Of a DNA stretch of 60,954 bases, positions 10,886 through 22,796 are shown one piece after another (positions within the stretch are counted from its first letter, which is position 1; each line of letters starts with the position of its first letter). The translations under genes were made by a program, and so were the position numbers. Under the pieces are notes generated by a model. That model saw only the letters and a list, made by a program, of their open reading frames with translations, did not search any database and was not told the DNA's origin. This stretch comes from Pseudolabrys sp. (GTDB lineage: Bacteria > Pseudomonadota > Alphaproteobacteria > Rhizobiales > Xanthobacteraceae): positions 1 through 60,954 of the forward strand of contig DATATS010000203.1 in the NCBI GenBank assembly GCA_036268675.1, given 5' to 3'.

Positions 10886-11341
10886 ATGGCCGCCAATGCC
10901 GGCACACCGGTCATCGGACGCAGAAAGCATCGCCGCCGCAGGGTGATGAGCGAGATCAACGTCACGCCCATGGTGGACGTGATGTTGGTGCTGCTGATCA
11001 TTTTCATGGTTTCGGCGCCTCTCCTGACTGTGGGCGTGCCGATCGACCTGCCGCAGAGCAAGGCCAAAAGCCTCGATCAGGACAAGGAACCGCTGACTTT
11101 GTCGGTCAACGACAAGGGCAAGGTCTATCTGCAAAATGCCGAAATCGACATGGACGATCTCGTCCCCAAGCTCGAGGCGGTGGCGCAGGCGCGCGGCGGC
11201 ACCGAGGCGCGCATCTATGTGCGCGGCGACAAGAACGTCGATTACGGGACCATGATGAAGGTGATGGGGCAATTGTCGGCGGCCGGCTTCCATAAGGTCG
11301 CCCTGGTCACCGAGTTCGAGCAGGGCTCGAAAGGCAAATGA
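10886..11341 (+). CDS. tolR: TolR
   Basis: SEINVTPMVDVMLVLLIIFMV, VRGD..VDYG. Confidence 0.96.
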   Translation: MAANAGTPVIGRRKHRRRRVMSEINVTPMVDVMLVLLIIFMVSAPLLTVGVPIDLPQSKAKSLDQDKEPLTLSVNDKGKVYLQNAEIDMDDLVPKLEAVAQARGGTEARIYVRGDKNVDYGTMMKVMGQLSAAGFHKVALVTEFEQGSKGK

Positions 11342-11351
11342 CGAGTAACGA

Positions 11352-12218
11352 ATGCAGATGAAGACTGCATCGGTGATTTCGACGGGGCTGCATGTGGCGG
11401 TGCTGCTGTGGGCGGTGCTCGCCGTCACTGGCAAGACGTTTCAGGTGACGCCGGCGGAATCGCTGCCGGTCGATCTGGTGAGCGAGAAGCAGTTTTCCGA
11501 ACTCACCAAGGGTGTCAAGGAAGCGCCCAAGCCGGTCGATCAGCCAAAGCCGCTGGTCGAGAAAAAGGATGAGCCGAAACCGCCGAAAGTCGAAGACATC
11601 AAGGCGAAGCTCACCGAGAAGCCGGAAATCAAGGCAACCCAGGATAAGCCGCCCGAACCGCAATCCGACGCCATCGCCGACAAAATTAAAAAGGAAGATA
11701 AAGAGCAGAAGGAAACCAAGGCCGAGCCCAAGCCGCTGCCGCCGAAGCGGCCGCCCATTCATGAAAAGCCCAAGCCCAAGTTCGAGCCCGACAAGATCGC
11801 GGCGCTGCTCGATAAGCGCGCGCCGCAGCGTGCGGCGATCACCGGCGCCGAGCCGAATATGGCGCCCACGATGGGCACCGCCATGGGCAACGCCGCCAAG
11901 CTGTCGCAATCGGAGATCGACGCCTTGCGCGCGCGCCTGATGGCGCTGTGGAATCCACCGGTCGGAATGCGCGATGCGCAGAACGGGCAGGTCACCATTC
12001 GCATAAGATTCAAGCGCGATGGTACGCTGGCCGCCGGCCCACAGGTGATGACCAGCGGCAGCGGCCCGCAATACAATGCGATGCGCGACAGCGCGGTGCG
12101 CGCGGTTTTCGTCGGCCAGCCTTACACCATGCTGCGGCCCGACCACTATGACACCTGGAAGGAAATCGATTTTACATTCGATGCCAAAGACATGTTCACC
12201 GATCTGCCATTGAGGTAA
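11352..12218 (+). CDS. tolA: TolA
   Basis: N-terminal TM with S-x3-H, Lys/Glu/Pro-rich linker, C-terminal WNPP..SAVRAV domain; between tolR and tolB. Confidence 0.88.
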   Translation: MQMKTASVISTGLHVAVLLWAVLAVTGKTFQVTPAESLPVDLVSEKQFSELTKGVKEAPKPVDQPKPLVEKKDEPKPPKVEDIKAKLTEKPEIKATQDKPPEPQSDAIADKIKKEDKEQKETKAEPKPLPPKRPPIHEKPKPKFEPDKIAALLDKRAPQRAAITGAEPNMAPTMGTAMGNAAKLSQSEIDALRARLMALWNPPVGMRDAQNGQVTIRIRFKRDGTLAAGPQVMTSGSGPQYNAMRDSAVRAVFVGQPYTMLRPDHYDTWKEIDFTFDAKDMFTDLPLR

Positions 12219-12226
12219 GCAATTCC

Positions 12227-13561
12227 GTGATCCAGGACCGAAAGATTTTAGTGAGCCGGCGCAATGTGCTGCTGGGAGCGGGCGCCGGCGCGATGATTGC
12301 GCTCGGCCCGAGGCCCGCGGGCGCGGTGCTGCGCCTCGACATCACGCAGGGCAATCCGCAGCCGATGCCGGTCGCGCTGCCCGATTTCCTCGCCGGCACG
12401 CCGGGCGAAAGCGATGTTGCGCGCAACGTTACCGCCATCATCAGCAATAATCTGCGGCGCAGCGGTCTGTTCGCGCCGATCAATCCGCAGGCCTTCACCG
12501 AAAGAATTACCAACAGCGACGCCGTACCGCATTTCGCCGACTGGCGCGTGATCAACGCGCAGGCGCTGGTCACCGGCCGCGTCACCAAGCAGGGCGATGG
12601 ACGGCTGAAGGCGGAGTTCCGCCTCTGGGATGTGTTCGCCGGCCAGCAGCTCGACGGCAAGCAATATTTCACAACGCCCGACAACTGGCGTCGCATCGCC
12701 CACATTATGTCCGACGCGATCTACCAGACGCTCACCGGCGAAAAAGGATATTTCGACAGCCGCATCGTCTTTATCGACGAGACCGGCCCCAAGATCCATC
12801 GCGTGAAACGGCTCGCCATCATGGACCAGGACGGCGCCGGCGTGCGTTATCTCACCCGCGGCGACGATCTGGTGCTCACCCCGCGCTTCAACCCGTCGAC
12901 GCAAGAGATCACATACATGTCGTATGGGCAGGGGCAGCCGCGTGTCTATCTTCTCAACATCGACACCGGCCAGCGCGAGATCGTCGGCAATTTTCCGGGC
13001 ATGACGTTCGCGCCGCGGTTTTCGCCCGATGGACAGCGCGTGATCATGAGCCTGCAACAGGGCGGCAACGCCAATCTGTTCGTCATGGACTTGCGCTCGA
13101 AGCAGACCACACGACTGACCGATACGCCGGCCATCGATACCTCGCCATGCTACTCGCCCGACGGCAGCCACATCTGCTTCGAAAGCGATCGCGGCGGCAC
13201 CCAGCAGATCTACGTGATGGGGGCGAATGGCGGCTCGGCGCAGCGCATCAGCTTCGGCGAGGGCCTTCATTCGACTCCGGTCTGGTCGCCGCGCGGCGAC
13301 TACATCGCCTTCACCGGGCAGGCGCGCGGGCAATTCTCCATCGGCATCCTCAAGCCGGACGGCTCGGGCGAGCGCGTCCTGGTCGAGGGATTCCATAATG
13401 AGGGGCCGACCTTCGCCCCGAACGGCCGCGTCCTGATGTATTTCAGCGATCCCGGCCCCGGCCCGCAGCTCTATACGATCGACATCACCGGCCGTAACCA
13501 ACTCAAGGAACCGACGCCGAGTTTTGCCTCCGATCCGGCATGGTCGCCGCTGTTGTCCTGA
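12227..13561 (+). CDS. tolB: Tol-Pal beta-propeller protein TolB
   Basis: WRRIAH..SD.IY..LTGE.GYFDSRI and PD40 repeats (PRFSPDG, PCYSPDG, PVWSPRG, PAWSP). Confidence 0.97.
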   Translation: MIQDRKILVSRRNVLLGAGAGAMIALGPRPAGAVLRLDITQGNPQPMPVALPDFLAGTPGESDVARNVTAIISNNLRRSGLFAPINPQAFTERITNSDAVPHFADWRVINAQALVTGRVTKQGDGRLKAEFRLWDVFAGQQLDGKQYFTTPDNWRRIAHIMSDAIYQTLTGEKGYFDSRIVFIDETGPKIHRVKRLAIMDQDGAGVRYLTRGDDLVLTPRFNPSTQEITYMSYGQGQPRVYLLNIDTGQREIVGNFPGMTFAPRFSPDGQRVIMSLQQGGNANLFVMDLRSKQTTRLTDTPAIDTSPCYSPDGSHICFESDRGGTQQIYVMGANGGSAQRISFGEGLHSTPVWSPRGDYIAFTGQARGQFSIGILKPDGSGERVLVEGFHNEGPTFAPNGRVLMYFSDPGPGPQLYTIDITGRNQLKEPTPSFASDPAWSPLLS

Positions 13562-13637
13562 GACGGCTAGCGAATAACTCGCGGCGCGGAACCGGCACAG
13601 GGACCGGCCAAATTTCCGCTGTCTTATGGACGCCTTA

Positions 13638-13656
13638 TTCACTAGGCTTTAACCAT
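13638..13656. promoter_or_regulatory. CtrA-like binding site upstream of pal
   Basis: TTCA-ctaggct-TTAAC, continuing as the TTAACCAT half-site. Confidence 0.6.
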
Positions 13657-13761
13657 CAGAATACGTTTACCGGGTTCCGCGAGTTTTATTGGCGTTCTAC
13701 AGCTTCGATCAAGGTTGATGGAACGTTCGTTTAACGAACGCCCTGTTAGACCGGACGCATA

Positions 13762-13828
13762 CGCACGATCCCGAGAGCCCGTCCCTCAATCCGAGCGGGG
13801 ACCGGCGTGAGTTTCGGGGCAGGTCGCA
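13762..13828. repeat. Degenerate long variant of the palindromic element
   Basis: CGCACGATCCCGAGAG..GTCCC..GGGAC..GTTTCGGGGCAGGTCGCA resembles the element ends with an extra internal hairpin. Confidence 0.4.
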
Positions 13829-13875
13829 TCTGGAAGTTTCAAGTCCGGTCAGTGCGTGAGAATGGAGACATCGGA

Positions 13876-14373
13876 ATGATCACCCTCAGGCAAGTGGCGC
13901 GTGGCGCCCGCTTTGCAGCCGTCCTCGCGGCCGCGCTCGCGATCTCGGCCTGCGCCAAGAACGCCGCCGACAATGCCCAGGCCAATGCCGGCGCGCTTGC
14001 GGCGCCCGGCAGCCAGCAGGACTTCGTGGTCAATGTCGGCGACCGCGTGTTCTTTGAAACCGACTCCTCCGATCTTTCGCCGCAGGCACGCGCAACTCTC
14101 GACAAGCAGGCGCAGTGGCTCAACAACTACAGCCAGTACGGCCAGTTCACCGTCGAAGGCCACGCCGACGAGCGCGGCACGCGCGAATACAATATCGCGC
14201 TCGGCGCGCGCCGGGCGCAGACTGTGCGCGACTATCTGATTTCGCGCGGAGTCGCCGCCAACCGCATGCACACGATCTCGTATGGCAAGGAACGCCCCGT
14301 GGCGGTCTGTGACGACATTTCGTGCTGGTCGCAGAACCGGCGCGCGGTGACAGTGCTGGGCGTCAGTTCATAA
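13876..14373 (+). CDS. pal: Peptidoglycan-associated lipoprotein Pal
   Basis: Lipobox ISAC; VEGHADERGTREYNIALGARRA, SYGKERP, NRRA. Confidence 0.97.
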   Translation: MITLRQVARGARFAAVLAAALAISACAKNAADNAQANAGALAAPGSQQDFVVNVGDRVFFETDSSDLSPQARATLDKQAQWLNNYSQYGQFTVEGHADERGTREYNIALGARRAQTVRDYLISRGVAANRMHTISYGKERPVAVCDDISCWSQNRRAVTVLGVSS

Positions 14374-14522
14374 GCAACGCCTATTGGCTGACTGCAAAAT
14401 CGCACCCTGCCTTTGCGGCGAGGCGGCGAGGCGTGGATGGCGAACGCCAGTCACAATTTCGACGTAGCCCGCATTATGCTACCCATAACGCGGCTATTGC
14501 CCGCTGCCGGGTGTGTAAAAAC

Positions 14523-15674
14523 ATGATGTCCCCGCGACACCGTCATTATCTAGCGGCGCTTGCCGCCCTCGCCATGCTGCTGCCGGCGGGCGCGAGCATG
14601 GCGCAGGACCAAGGCTCGGGCGGATTTCTCGACAACCTGTTCCATCGCGGTGAGCCGGCTGCGCAGCAGGCCCAGCCGGGAGAGCAGCCGGCGGCGCAAG
14701 CGCCGCAGGTCGCCCAGGCCGACAGCGCCGGTGTCGGCTCGCGTATCGACCGCATCGAGAATGCGCTGCGCCAACTCACCGGCACCATCGAACAGCTCCA
14801 GCATCAGAACCAGCAGCTCCAGATGCAGCTGCAGCGCATGCAGACCGACACCGAATTTCGCTTCCAGCAACTGGGATCGCGTGGCGCGCCGGCAGGCGCC
14901 GCGCCGCGCGCGATGCCCTCGCAACCTCCCGCCGATGCGGCGCCCGGCGCAGCGCCGGGGCGGCGATCCGATGTGTTCAATCCGGCCGATCATCCCAATG
15001 CGCCGGGCACCCCGCGCACTCTCGGCGGCGAAACCGCCATGGCTCCGGCGACGCAGCCGACGGCGAACGAACCGCCGGTGGGTGCGCCCGGTGCGCCACT
15101 CGATCTGTCGTCGCTCTCCGGCAATCCGCCGCAGCAACAGCCCGCGAACGGGGCGCCGGTCGCTGGTACGCCGCCGAACGGCGCGCCGGTCACGCGTCAG
15201 CCGCCCGTGCAATCGCAGTCGGCGCTGCCGCCGCCTCCGCCACGCAATACGAGCGCCACCGGCGCGCAACTGGCGACGCTGCCGCCCACCGCCTCGCCGC
15301 AAGACGAATACGACATGGCCTATGGCTATGTGCTGCATAAGGACTACGCGTTGGCCGAACAGGCCTTCCGCGACTTTCTGAAAAAATATCCGGACCAGCG
15401 GCTGGTGCCGGACGCGCAATACTGGCTCGGCGAAAGCCTCTACCAGCGTCAGCGCTACCGCGACGCGGCGGAATCGTTCCTGGCGGTGTCGACCAAGTTC
15501 GAACATTCCGGCAAGGCGCCGAACGCGCTGCTGCGCCTCGGCCAGTCGCTGGCCGCCATGCACCAGAAGGAAGCTGCCTGCGCGACGCTCGGCGAAGTCG
15601 CCCGCAAATATCCGCGCGCCACCGCAAGCGTGAAGCGCGGCGTCACACAGGAACTCAAGCGTGCGCACTGCTGA
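14523..15674 (+). CDS. cpoB: Tol-Pal protein CpoB/YbgF
   Basis: Signal peptide, coiled coil, Pro/Ala linker, TPR (AQYWLGESLY, KAPNALLRLG, AACAT). Confidence 0.93.
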   Translation: MMSPRHRHYLAALAALAMLLPAGASMAQDQGSGGFLDNLFHRGEPAAQQAQPGEQPAAQAPQVAQADSAGVGSRIDRIENALRQLTGTIEQLQHQNQQLQMQLQRMQTDTEFRFQQLGSRGAPAGAAPRAMPSQPPADAAPGAAPGRRSDVFNPADHPNAPGTPRTLGGETAMAPATQPTANEPPVGAPGAPLDLSSLSGNPPQQQPANGAPVAGTPPNGAPVTRQPPVQSQSALPPPPPRNTSATGAQLATLPPTASPQDEYDMAYGYVLHKDYALAEQAFRDFLKKYPDQRLVPDAQYWLGESLYQRQRYRDAAESFLAVSTKFEHSGKAPNALLRLGQSLAAMHQKEAACATLGEVARKYPRATASVKRGVTQELKRAHC

Positions 15675-15682
15675 GACCTAGG

Positions 15683-15703
15683 GCATGATCGGCAAGATCA
15701 TGC
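15683..15703. repeat. Collapsed copy of the palindromic element at the tilS start
   Basis: GCATGATC-GGCAA-GATCATGC, perfect 8-bp arms. Confidence 0.6.
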
Positions 15704-16773
15704 TCACACACAATTTGCCAGTTTCGGCGGCGGAAGCTAAGTCGTTCTTTTCCGATCTTGAACACTATCCGGCTCTGGTCCTCGCCGTGTCCGGCGGGCC
15801 GGATTCGACAGCGCTGCTGTGGCTTGCCGCGCGCTGGCGCGCTAGCCGCAAGGCCGGTCCGAAATTGATCGCGGTCACCGTCGATCACGGCCTGCGAGAG
15901 GCGGCGAAAGCCGAAGCCGCGGGTGTCGCGCGTCTCGCGCGCAAACTGAAAGTGGTGCATCGCATCGTGCGATGGCGCGGCGCCAAGCCCAACACCGGGC
16001 TGCAACAGGCCGCGCGCGTCGCGCGCTACCGCCTGCTTGCCGATGCAGCGCGCAAGGCGAGTGCGGCGCTCGTTCTCACCGCGCATACCCTCGACGATCA
16101 GGCCGAGACCGTGCTGATCCGCATGAGCCGCGGCAGTGGTGTCACCGGCCTGGCCGCGATGGCTCGCGTTGCGAGCGTGCCCGGCCATGCGGACATCAAG
16201 CTGGTCCGGCCATTGCTCGATATTCCAAAGATGCGGCTGCTCGCGACGCTCAAGGCGGCGAAAGTTCCGTTCGCCGACGACCCCTCCAACCGCGAGTCGC
16301 GCTTCACCCGGGTGCGGCTGCGCGGCCTGATGCCGCCGCTTGCAGCCGAAGGGCTGGATGCCCGCCGCCTCGCACTGCTGGCGCGCCGTCTCAAGCGGGC
16401 GGACCGGGCGATCGAGGCGGCCGTCGATCGCGCGCAAGCCGAACTATCGCTTGCATCGCCTCATGCTGATGTCGTGGCTTTCGACGCTGCCGGTTTCGCG
16501 CGGCAACCGGCCGAAATCGCGCTGCGCTTGCTGGGCCGCGCGGTCGGGCGGACCGGCGACCAAGGCCCGGTCGAACTTGCAAAACTCGAAGCCCTGCAGG
16601 CCGCGCTCGATCTGGCGAACATTTCCGGCGCGCCCCGGTTCAGGCGCAGCCTCGCCGGTGCGATTGTGACGCTGCATGGGGGCCAGATTGCCGTGGAACC
16701 GGCGCCTCCGAGGCGGGGAACGTCCTTAACCACGGGCTCACGCGGGAGAGCCAAACGCGCCAAAGCGCGCTAG
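15685..16773 (+). CDS. tilS: tRNA(Ile)-lysidine synthetase (start 15685 or 15700)
   Basis: AVSGGPDS, TVDHGLR, TAHTLDDQAET, DDPSN. Confidence 0.96.
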   Translation: MIGKIMLTHNLPVSAAEAKSFFSDLEHYPALVLAVSGGPDSTALLWLAARWRASRKAGPKLIAVTVDHGLREAAKAEAAGVARLARKLKVVHRIVRWRGAKPNTGLQQAARVARYRLLADAARKASAALVLTAHTLDDQAETVLIRMSRGSGVTGLAAMARVASVPGHADIKLVRPLLDIPKMRLLATLKAAKVPFADDPSNRESRFTRVRLRGLMPPLAAEGLDARRLALLARRLKRADRAIEAAVDRAQAELSLASPHADVVAFDAAGFARQPAEIALRLLGRAVGRTGDQGPVELAKLEALQAALDLANISGAPRFRRSLAGAIVTLHGGQIAVEPAPPRRGTSLTTGSRGRAKRAKAR

Positions 16774-16791
16774 AATAGATGGATTCGAGCC

Positions 16792-16820
16792 CTTTCCACC
16801 GGGGCATACGCTGCCTACAT
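16792..16820 (+). promoter_or_regulatory. Possible RpoH-type promoter of ftsH
   Basis: CTTT...CCTACAT resembling the alphaproteobacterial sigma32 -35/-10 boxes. Confidence 0.4.
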
Positions 16821-16931
16821 TGAGAGGCCGGAACGAACGTAAAGCCGACGATTTTCGGCACCGAGAGTGACGGTCAAAGAGAGCAACGATTATAGCCGCC
16901 GGCCATTCCGTGCGGCGTCCAAGGACACCTG

Positions 16932-18854
<1,923 letters not shown>

Positions 18855-18939
18855 AGCCGCCGGACAAGTCCCACGTGATGCCTCGCTTTGTGCCGGGCAT
18901 TTCGATTCATGGGGCAGCGCGTATGCGCTATAAGCCAAC

Positions 18940-19548
18940 ATGCCCCTGCAAAACCGGGTCGATCCGTTCGGCAATCTGTTCGCGACGCCCGCACGCGGGA
19001 CGCTGATGGGCAATCGCGGCGGCAGGATTCACACCGACGATAAAAAGCTGACGACGCGCCGCTGGGCATCGCGCCAGTGGATCTGTTGCGTGCTGGAATT
19101 TAACAATCGCCAGCGCGACGTCTGGGGCCGCTATTACACCGAGCTGTTCTTTCTCGACGAGGTGACGGCAATTGCCGCCGGGCACCGGCCTTGTTTCGAA
19201 TGCCGGCGCAAGGACGCGGAGAAATTCGCATCGCTGTTCTCCGGCAAAAGCAAGCGCGCGAGCGCGCCGGCGATGGACGACATTCTTCATGCCGAACGAC
19301 TCGACGGGAAAGACAAACGCACGTGCCGGCGCGAGCTCGACGCGCTGCCCGACGGCGCCATGATCGCGCTCGACGGCGAAGCCTTTGCGGTGCGCGGAAA
19401 AAGTCTGCTGCGCTGGACGCCCCGCGGCTATTCGAATGAAAAGCCGCGCCCGCGCGGCATCGCTGTCGACACACTCACGCCGCCGTCGATGCTGACCGTA
19501 CTCGCGCGCGGCTACGCGCCGCGCTGGCACAAGAGCGTTAGCGCATGA
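18940..19548 (+). CDS. Hypothetical protein with Ada-like Cys motif
   Basis: Host-like codons; WICC and DEVTAIAAGHRPCFEC. Confidence 0.75.
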   Translation: MPLQNRVDPFGNLFATPARGTLMGNRGGRIHTDDKKLTTRRWASRQWICCVLEFNNRQRDVWGRYYTELFFLDEVTAIAAGHRPCFECRRKDAEKFASLFSGKSKRASAPAMDDILHAERLDGKDKRTCRRELDALPDGAMIALDGEAFAVRGKSLLRWTPRGYSNEKPRPRGIAVDTLTPPSMLTVLARGYAPRWHKSVSA

Positions 19549-19589
19549 TCCCGAAAAATGGGAACCGGCTTTCGGATAAGAGCGCGCGC
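19541..19589. repeat. 49-bp palindromic element, right arm degenerate
   Basis: GCGCATGATCCCGAAAAATGGGAACCGGCTTTCGGATAAGAGCGCGCGC. Confidence 0.8.
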
Positions 19590-19599
19590 GGGGAATTGA

Positions 19600-20274
19600 C
19601 TAACCTTTGTACGCCGCCTTGATCGCCGCGACGCCCTTGCCTTCGCGGGCGGCGAGGATGATGGCCGCCTCACGCTGCGACAGCTTGTCGAACGCCGGCT
19701 TCATCGCGTCGATTTTGTCGACCGGCACCACGACCGCGCCATGGCGATCGGCATGGATGAGGTCGCCGCTTTTCACTTTCATTCCATGCACCGTCACGTC
19801 GATGCCGTAGTCGACGACATGCACATAGGCGTGCGACGGCGCGATTGAGCCGGCGAGCATCTGGAAGCCCGCCGGAATCTGCGGGATGTCACGCACCGCG
19901 CCGTTGCAGATGGTGCCGACACAATCGAGCGCCTTGTGGATATTGCCCATCACCTCGCCCCAATAGGCGCCGTGACCCGCCGGCTCGTCGAGATCCTGCA
20001 CGATCACCCAACTCGGATTGGGGGCGGCTGCCACATAATCGAGATAATCGAGCCGCTTCTGCATGTAGTCGCCGAGCTCGACCTTGTCGCGTGCCCGCAT
20101 GGTGACGGTCTTGGCGAAACCGATCATCGGTGGCAGGTCGGGAAAAGCACAGTGCAGATGCTGCACGGTGTAGCCGTGACCGCGCCGCTCGGGCGCCACC
20201 ATCTCGATGAGATTGCACACCGTCGGCGTGTCGATCGATTGCAGGAAATCGGTCTGCGCTTTGGTCAATGTCAC
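19600..20274 (-). CDS. RraA family / HMG aldolase-like protein
   Basis: DTPTVCN, YWGEVM, NGAVRD, GDLIHADRHG. Confidence 0.9.
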   Translation of the reverse strand: MTLTKAQTDFLQSIDTPTVCNLIEMVAPERRGHGYTVQHLHCAFPDLPPMIGFAKTVTMRARDKVELGDYMQKRLDYLDYVAAAPNPSWVIVQDLDEPAGHGAYWGEVMGNIHKALDCVGTICNGAVRDIPQIPAGFQMLAGSIAPSHAYVHVVDYGIDVTVHGMKVKSGDLIHADRHGAVVVPVDKIDAMKPAFDKLSQREAAIILAAREGKGVAAIKAAYKG

Positions 20275-20305
20275 GGCGTTGTCCTTGTCTGGCTTTTGAT
20301 CATTA

Positions 20306-21517
20306 TCACGGCGGTTCGATCGGCGTGGTCATTGGTGATGCCGGCACGCGTGGTGTCCACGCAAAGAATACAACGGCAGCGATCATCAAGAGCATTGCGA
20401 CCACCATGACAACGCAGGCAGGCCAGCCGCCGAAACTCCAGGCGAGGCCGCCAAGCGCTGCTCCAGTGCTGCCGCCGAGGTAGAAACAGGTGACGTAAAG
20501 ACCGACCGCCGAGGAGCGGCCGACCTTGGCGGTGATGGCCACATAGCCCGTCGATACCGCCTGGCACATCAGCCCGGAAGCGGCGCTTAACGCGAGGCCC
20601 AAAATGATCAGCGGTAGCGACGGCGCCAGCGTGAGCACGATGCCGACGATCCACACTACGATCACCCGCACCGTGAAACGCCGTCGGCCGAATCGCGCCA
20701 CCGCCCAGCCGGTCCATGGCGAGAGCGACGCGCCCGCCAAATAGACCACGAAGATGGCGCCGAGCCATGCCGCCGAAAGATTGTACGGCGCGTCGGCGAG
20801 ATGGAAGCTGACATAGGTGAAGGTGCACATGAAATTGAACAGCACGCCGAAGCCCACCGCGTAGGTCGCCAGCAGTTGTCCGTTGCGGAAGTGCGCCAGC
20901 ATCTGCCGCCCGGAATCGCGCAACCCTTCCGAGCGCACGAAGTGGCGCTCGCGCGGCAGCCAGAACACGACTGCGATGGCGCCGGCAAAGGTAATTGCGG
21001 CGAGTGCTACGAAGCCGGCGCGCCAACTGATCAAGTCGGCAAGGATGCCCGTGATCAGCCGCCCGCTGAAGCCGCCAAGGCTCGAACCGGAGCTATAGAT
21101 GCCGGCGGCAGTGGTCGCTTCCTTGGGCGGCCATTCGTCGCCGATATACGCGACGGTGACGGCAAAGATCGGCGGCAGGACCAGGCCTTGCACGGCGCGC
21201 CAGAAGATGAGCGCCGGCAGGCTCGTCGCTAAACCCACCATTAAGGTCGGCGCGACGATGACAAACATCGCCGCGACGATCACGCGCTTGCGTCCGAGCA
21301 CGTCGGCGACGGCGCCAGTGAAGGGCGCGGTGATCGCCACGGCGAGCGTGCTCACCGTGATGATGGTGGAGACCTCGCCCGCGCTGGCCCCGAATTCGTG
21401 CGACAGCAGCGGCAGCACCGATTGCGGCGCGTAGAGATTGATGAAGGCGCAATAGCCGATCAGGCCAACCATCAATTGGCGCGAGGAAGAGGTCGAGCGT
21501 GGCGCGGCGGCATTCAT
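20306..21517 (-). CDS. MFS transporter (YnfM-like)
   Basis: About 12 TMs; LYAPQSVLP, ADVLGRK, YLGGS. Confidence 0.92.
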   Translation of the reverse strand: MNAAAPRSTSSSRQLMVGLIGYCAFINLYAPQSVLPLLSHEFGASAGEVSTIITVSTLAVAITAPFTGAVADVLGRKRVIVAAMFVIVAPTLMVGLATSLPALIFWRAVQGLVLPPIFAVTVAYIGDEWPPKEATTAAGIYSSGSSLGGFSGRLITGILADLISWRAGFVALAAITFAGAIAVVFWLPRERHFVRSEGLRDSGRQMLAHFRNGQLLATYAVGFGVLFNFMCTFTYVSFHLADAPYNLSAAWLGAIFVVYLAGASLSPWTGWAVARFGRRRFTVRVIVVWIVGIVLTLAPSLPLIILGLALSAASGLMCQAVSTGYVAITAKVGRSSAVGLYVTCFYLGGSTGAALGGLAWSFGGWPACVVMVVAMLLMIAAVVFFAWTPRVPASPMTTPIEPP

Positions 21518-21746
21518 AGCAGGGACCCGGCTCGGGCGTTTTGGTTCGCGTGCAAGCTATGCCTCGAATTGACCGCCCGCGCCAAGGGGCTGAGCGGTTT
21601 GAGCAGCGGTTCGCCGGACGCATACCTTGCTCGTTTTTTGGCTTGTGGTGCGTTGCGTACCAAGGGCCGTGGGTTGAATCGAAGCGAAAAAATCCCTATC
21701 TCGAACCATCGGCGGGGTGATGATTGATTGCGAGGCCGCTTATTGC

Positions 21747-22796
21747 ATGCGTGCGCTGACCGTTACCCCCGGCAAACCCAATTCCATCCGCCTTGAAGAC
21801 GTAGCCGCGCCGCCGGTGAGCGACGGCGCAGTGGTGGTGCGCGCACTGGCGCTCGGCATTTGCGGCACCGACCACGAGATCATCGACGGCCATTACGGCT
21901 GGCCGCCGGAGGGAGAGAAACGGCTGATCATCGGGCATGAATCACTCGGCAAGGTCGTTGAGGCGCCAGCCGACAGCGGCTTCAAACCTGGCGATCTGGT
22001 CGTCGGCATCGTGCGGCGGCCCGATCCGGTGCCGTGCCCGTCCTGCGCCGTGGGCGAATGGGACATGTGCCGCAACGGCGAATATACCGAGCGTGGCATC
22101 AAGCAGCGCAACGGCTACGGCTCGGAGCAATTTCGCATCGAGGCGGATTTCCTCGTCAAGATCGATCCGGCGCTCGCCCAACTTGGCGTGCTGCTTGAGC
22201 CGACTAGCGTCGTCGCAAAGGCGTGGGAGCAGGTAGAGCGCATCGGCGCACGCAGCGCGGCGTGGCAGCCCAAATGCGCGCTGATCACTGGCGCAGGCCC
22301 GGTCGGTTTGCTGGCGGCGCTGATGGGGAAGCAACGCGGGTTGGAAATGCATGTGCTCGACCGCGTGGACAAGGGTCCTAAACCTGATCTCGTGCGCGCG
22401 CTCGACGCGACCTACCATGTCGGCGACCTCGGCAAACTCGCGCCCGACATCGTGATCGAGTGCACCGGCGCGGGCTCCGTCGTGCTCGACGCCATGGGGC
22501 GCACCGCGCCAGGCGGCATCGTCTGCCTGGCCGGCGTCTCCTCCGGCGGTCACAAAATCGATTTCGATATCGGCGATCTCAACCGCGGCATGGTCCTGGA
22601 AAACGATACGGTGTTCGGCTCGGTCAACGCCAACCGTCGCCATTACCGCGCCGCGGCCGAGGCGCTGGCCAAAGCCGACAAGACCTGGCTCGCCCGACTG
22701 ATCACGCGGCGCGTGCCGCTTGCGCGCTGGCAGGAGGCATTCAAGCCTCACGCCCATGACATCAAGGTCGTTGTGGAATTTGACGGGGGCGCATGA
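21747..22796 (+). CDS. Zn-dependent MDR dehydrogenase, glucose 1-dehydrogenase type
   Basis: GICGTD, GHESLG, VRRPDPVPCPSC..GEWDMC, ERGIK, GAGPVG, GSVNA. Confidence 0.88.
   Translation: MRALTVTPGKPNSIRLEDVAAPPVSDGAVVVRALALGICGTDHEIIDGHYGWPPEGEKRLIIGHESLGKVVEAPADSGFKPGDLVVGIVRRPDPVPCPSCAVGEWDMCRNGEYTERGIKQRNGYGSEQFRIEADFLVKIDPALAQLGVLLEPTSVVAKAWEQVERIGARSAAWQPKCALITGAGPVGLLAALMGKQRGLEMHVLDRVDKGPKPDLVRALDATYHVGDLGKLAPDIVIECTGAGSVVLDAMGRTAPGGIVCLAGVSSGGHKIDFDIGDLNRGMVLENDTVFGSVNANRRHYRAAAEALAKADKTWLARLITRRVPLARWQEAFKPHAHDIKVVVEFDGGA

Noticed and set aside
18858-18902. REP-like fragments after ftsH
   Set aside because: Too degenerate to delimit or assign with confidence
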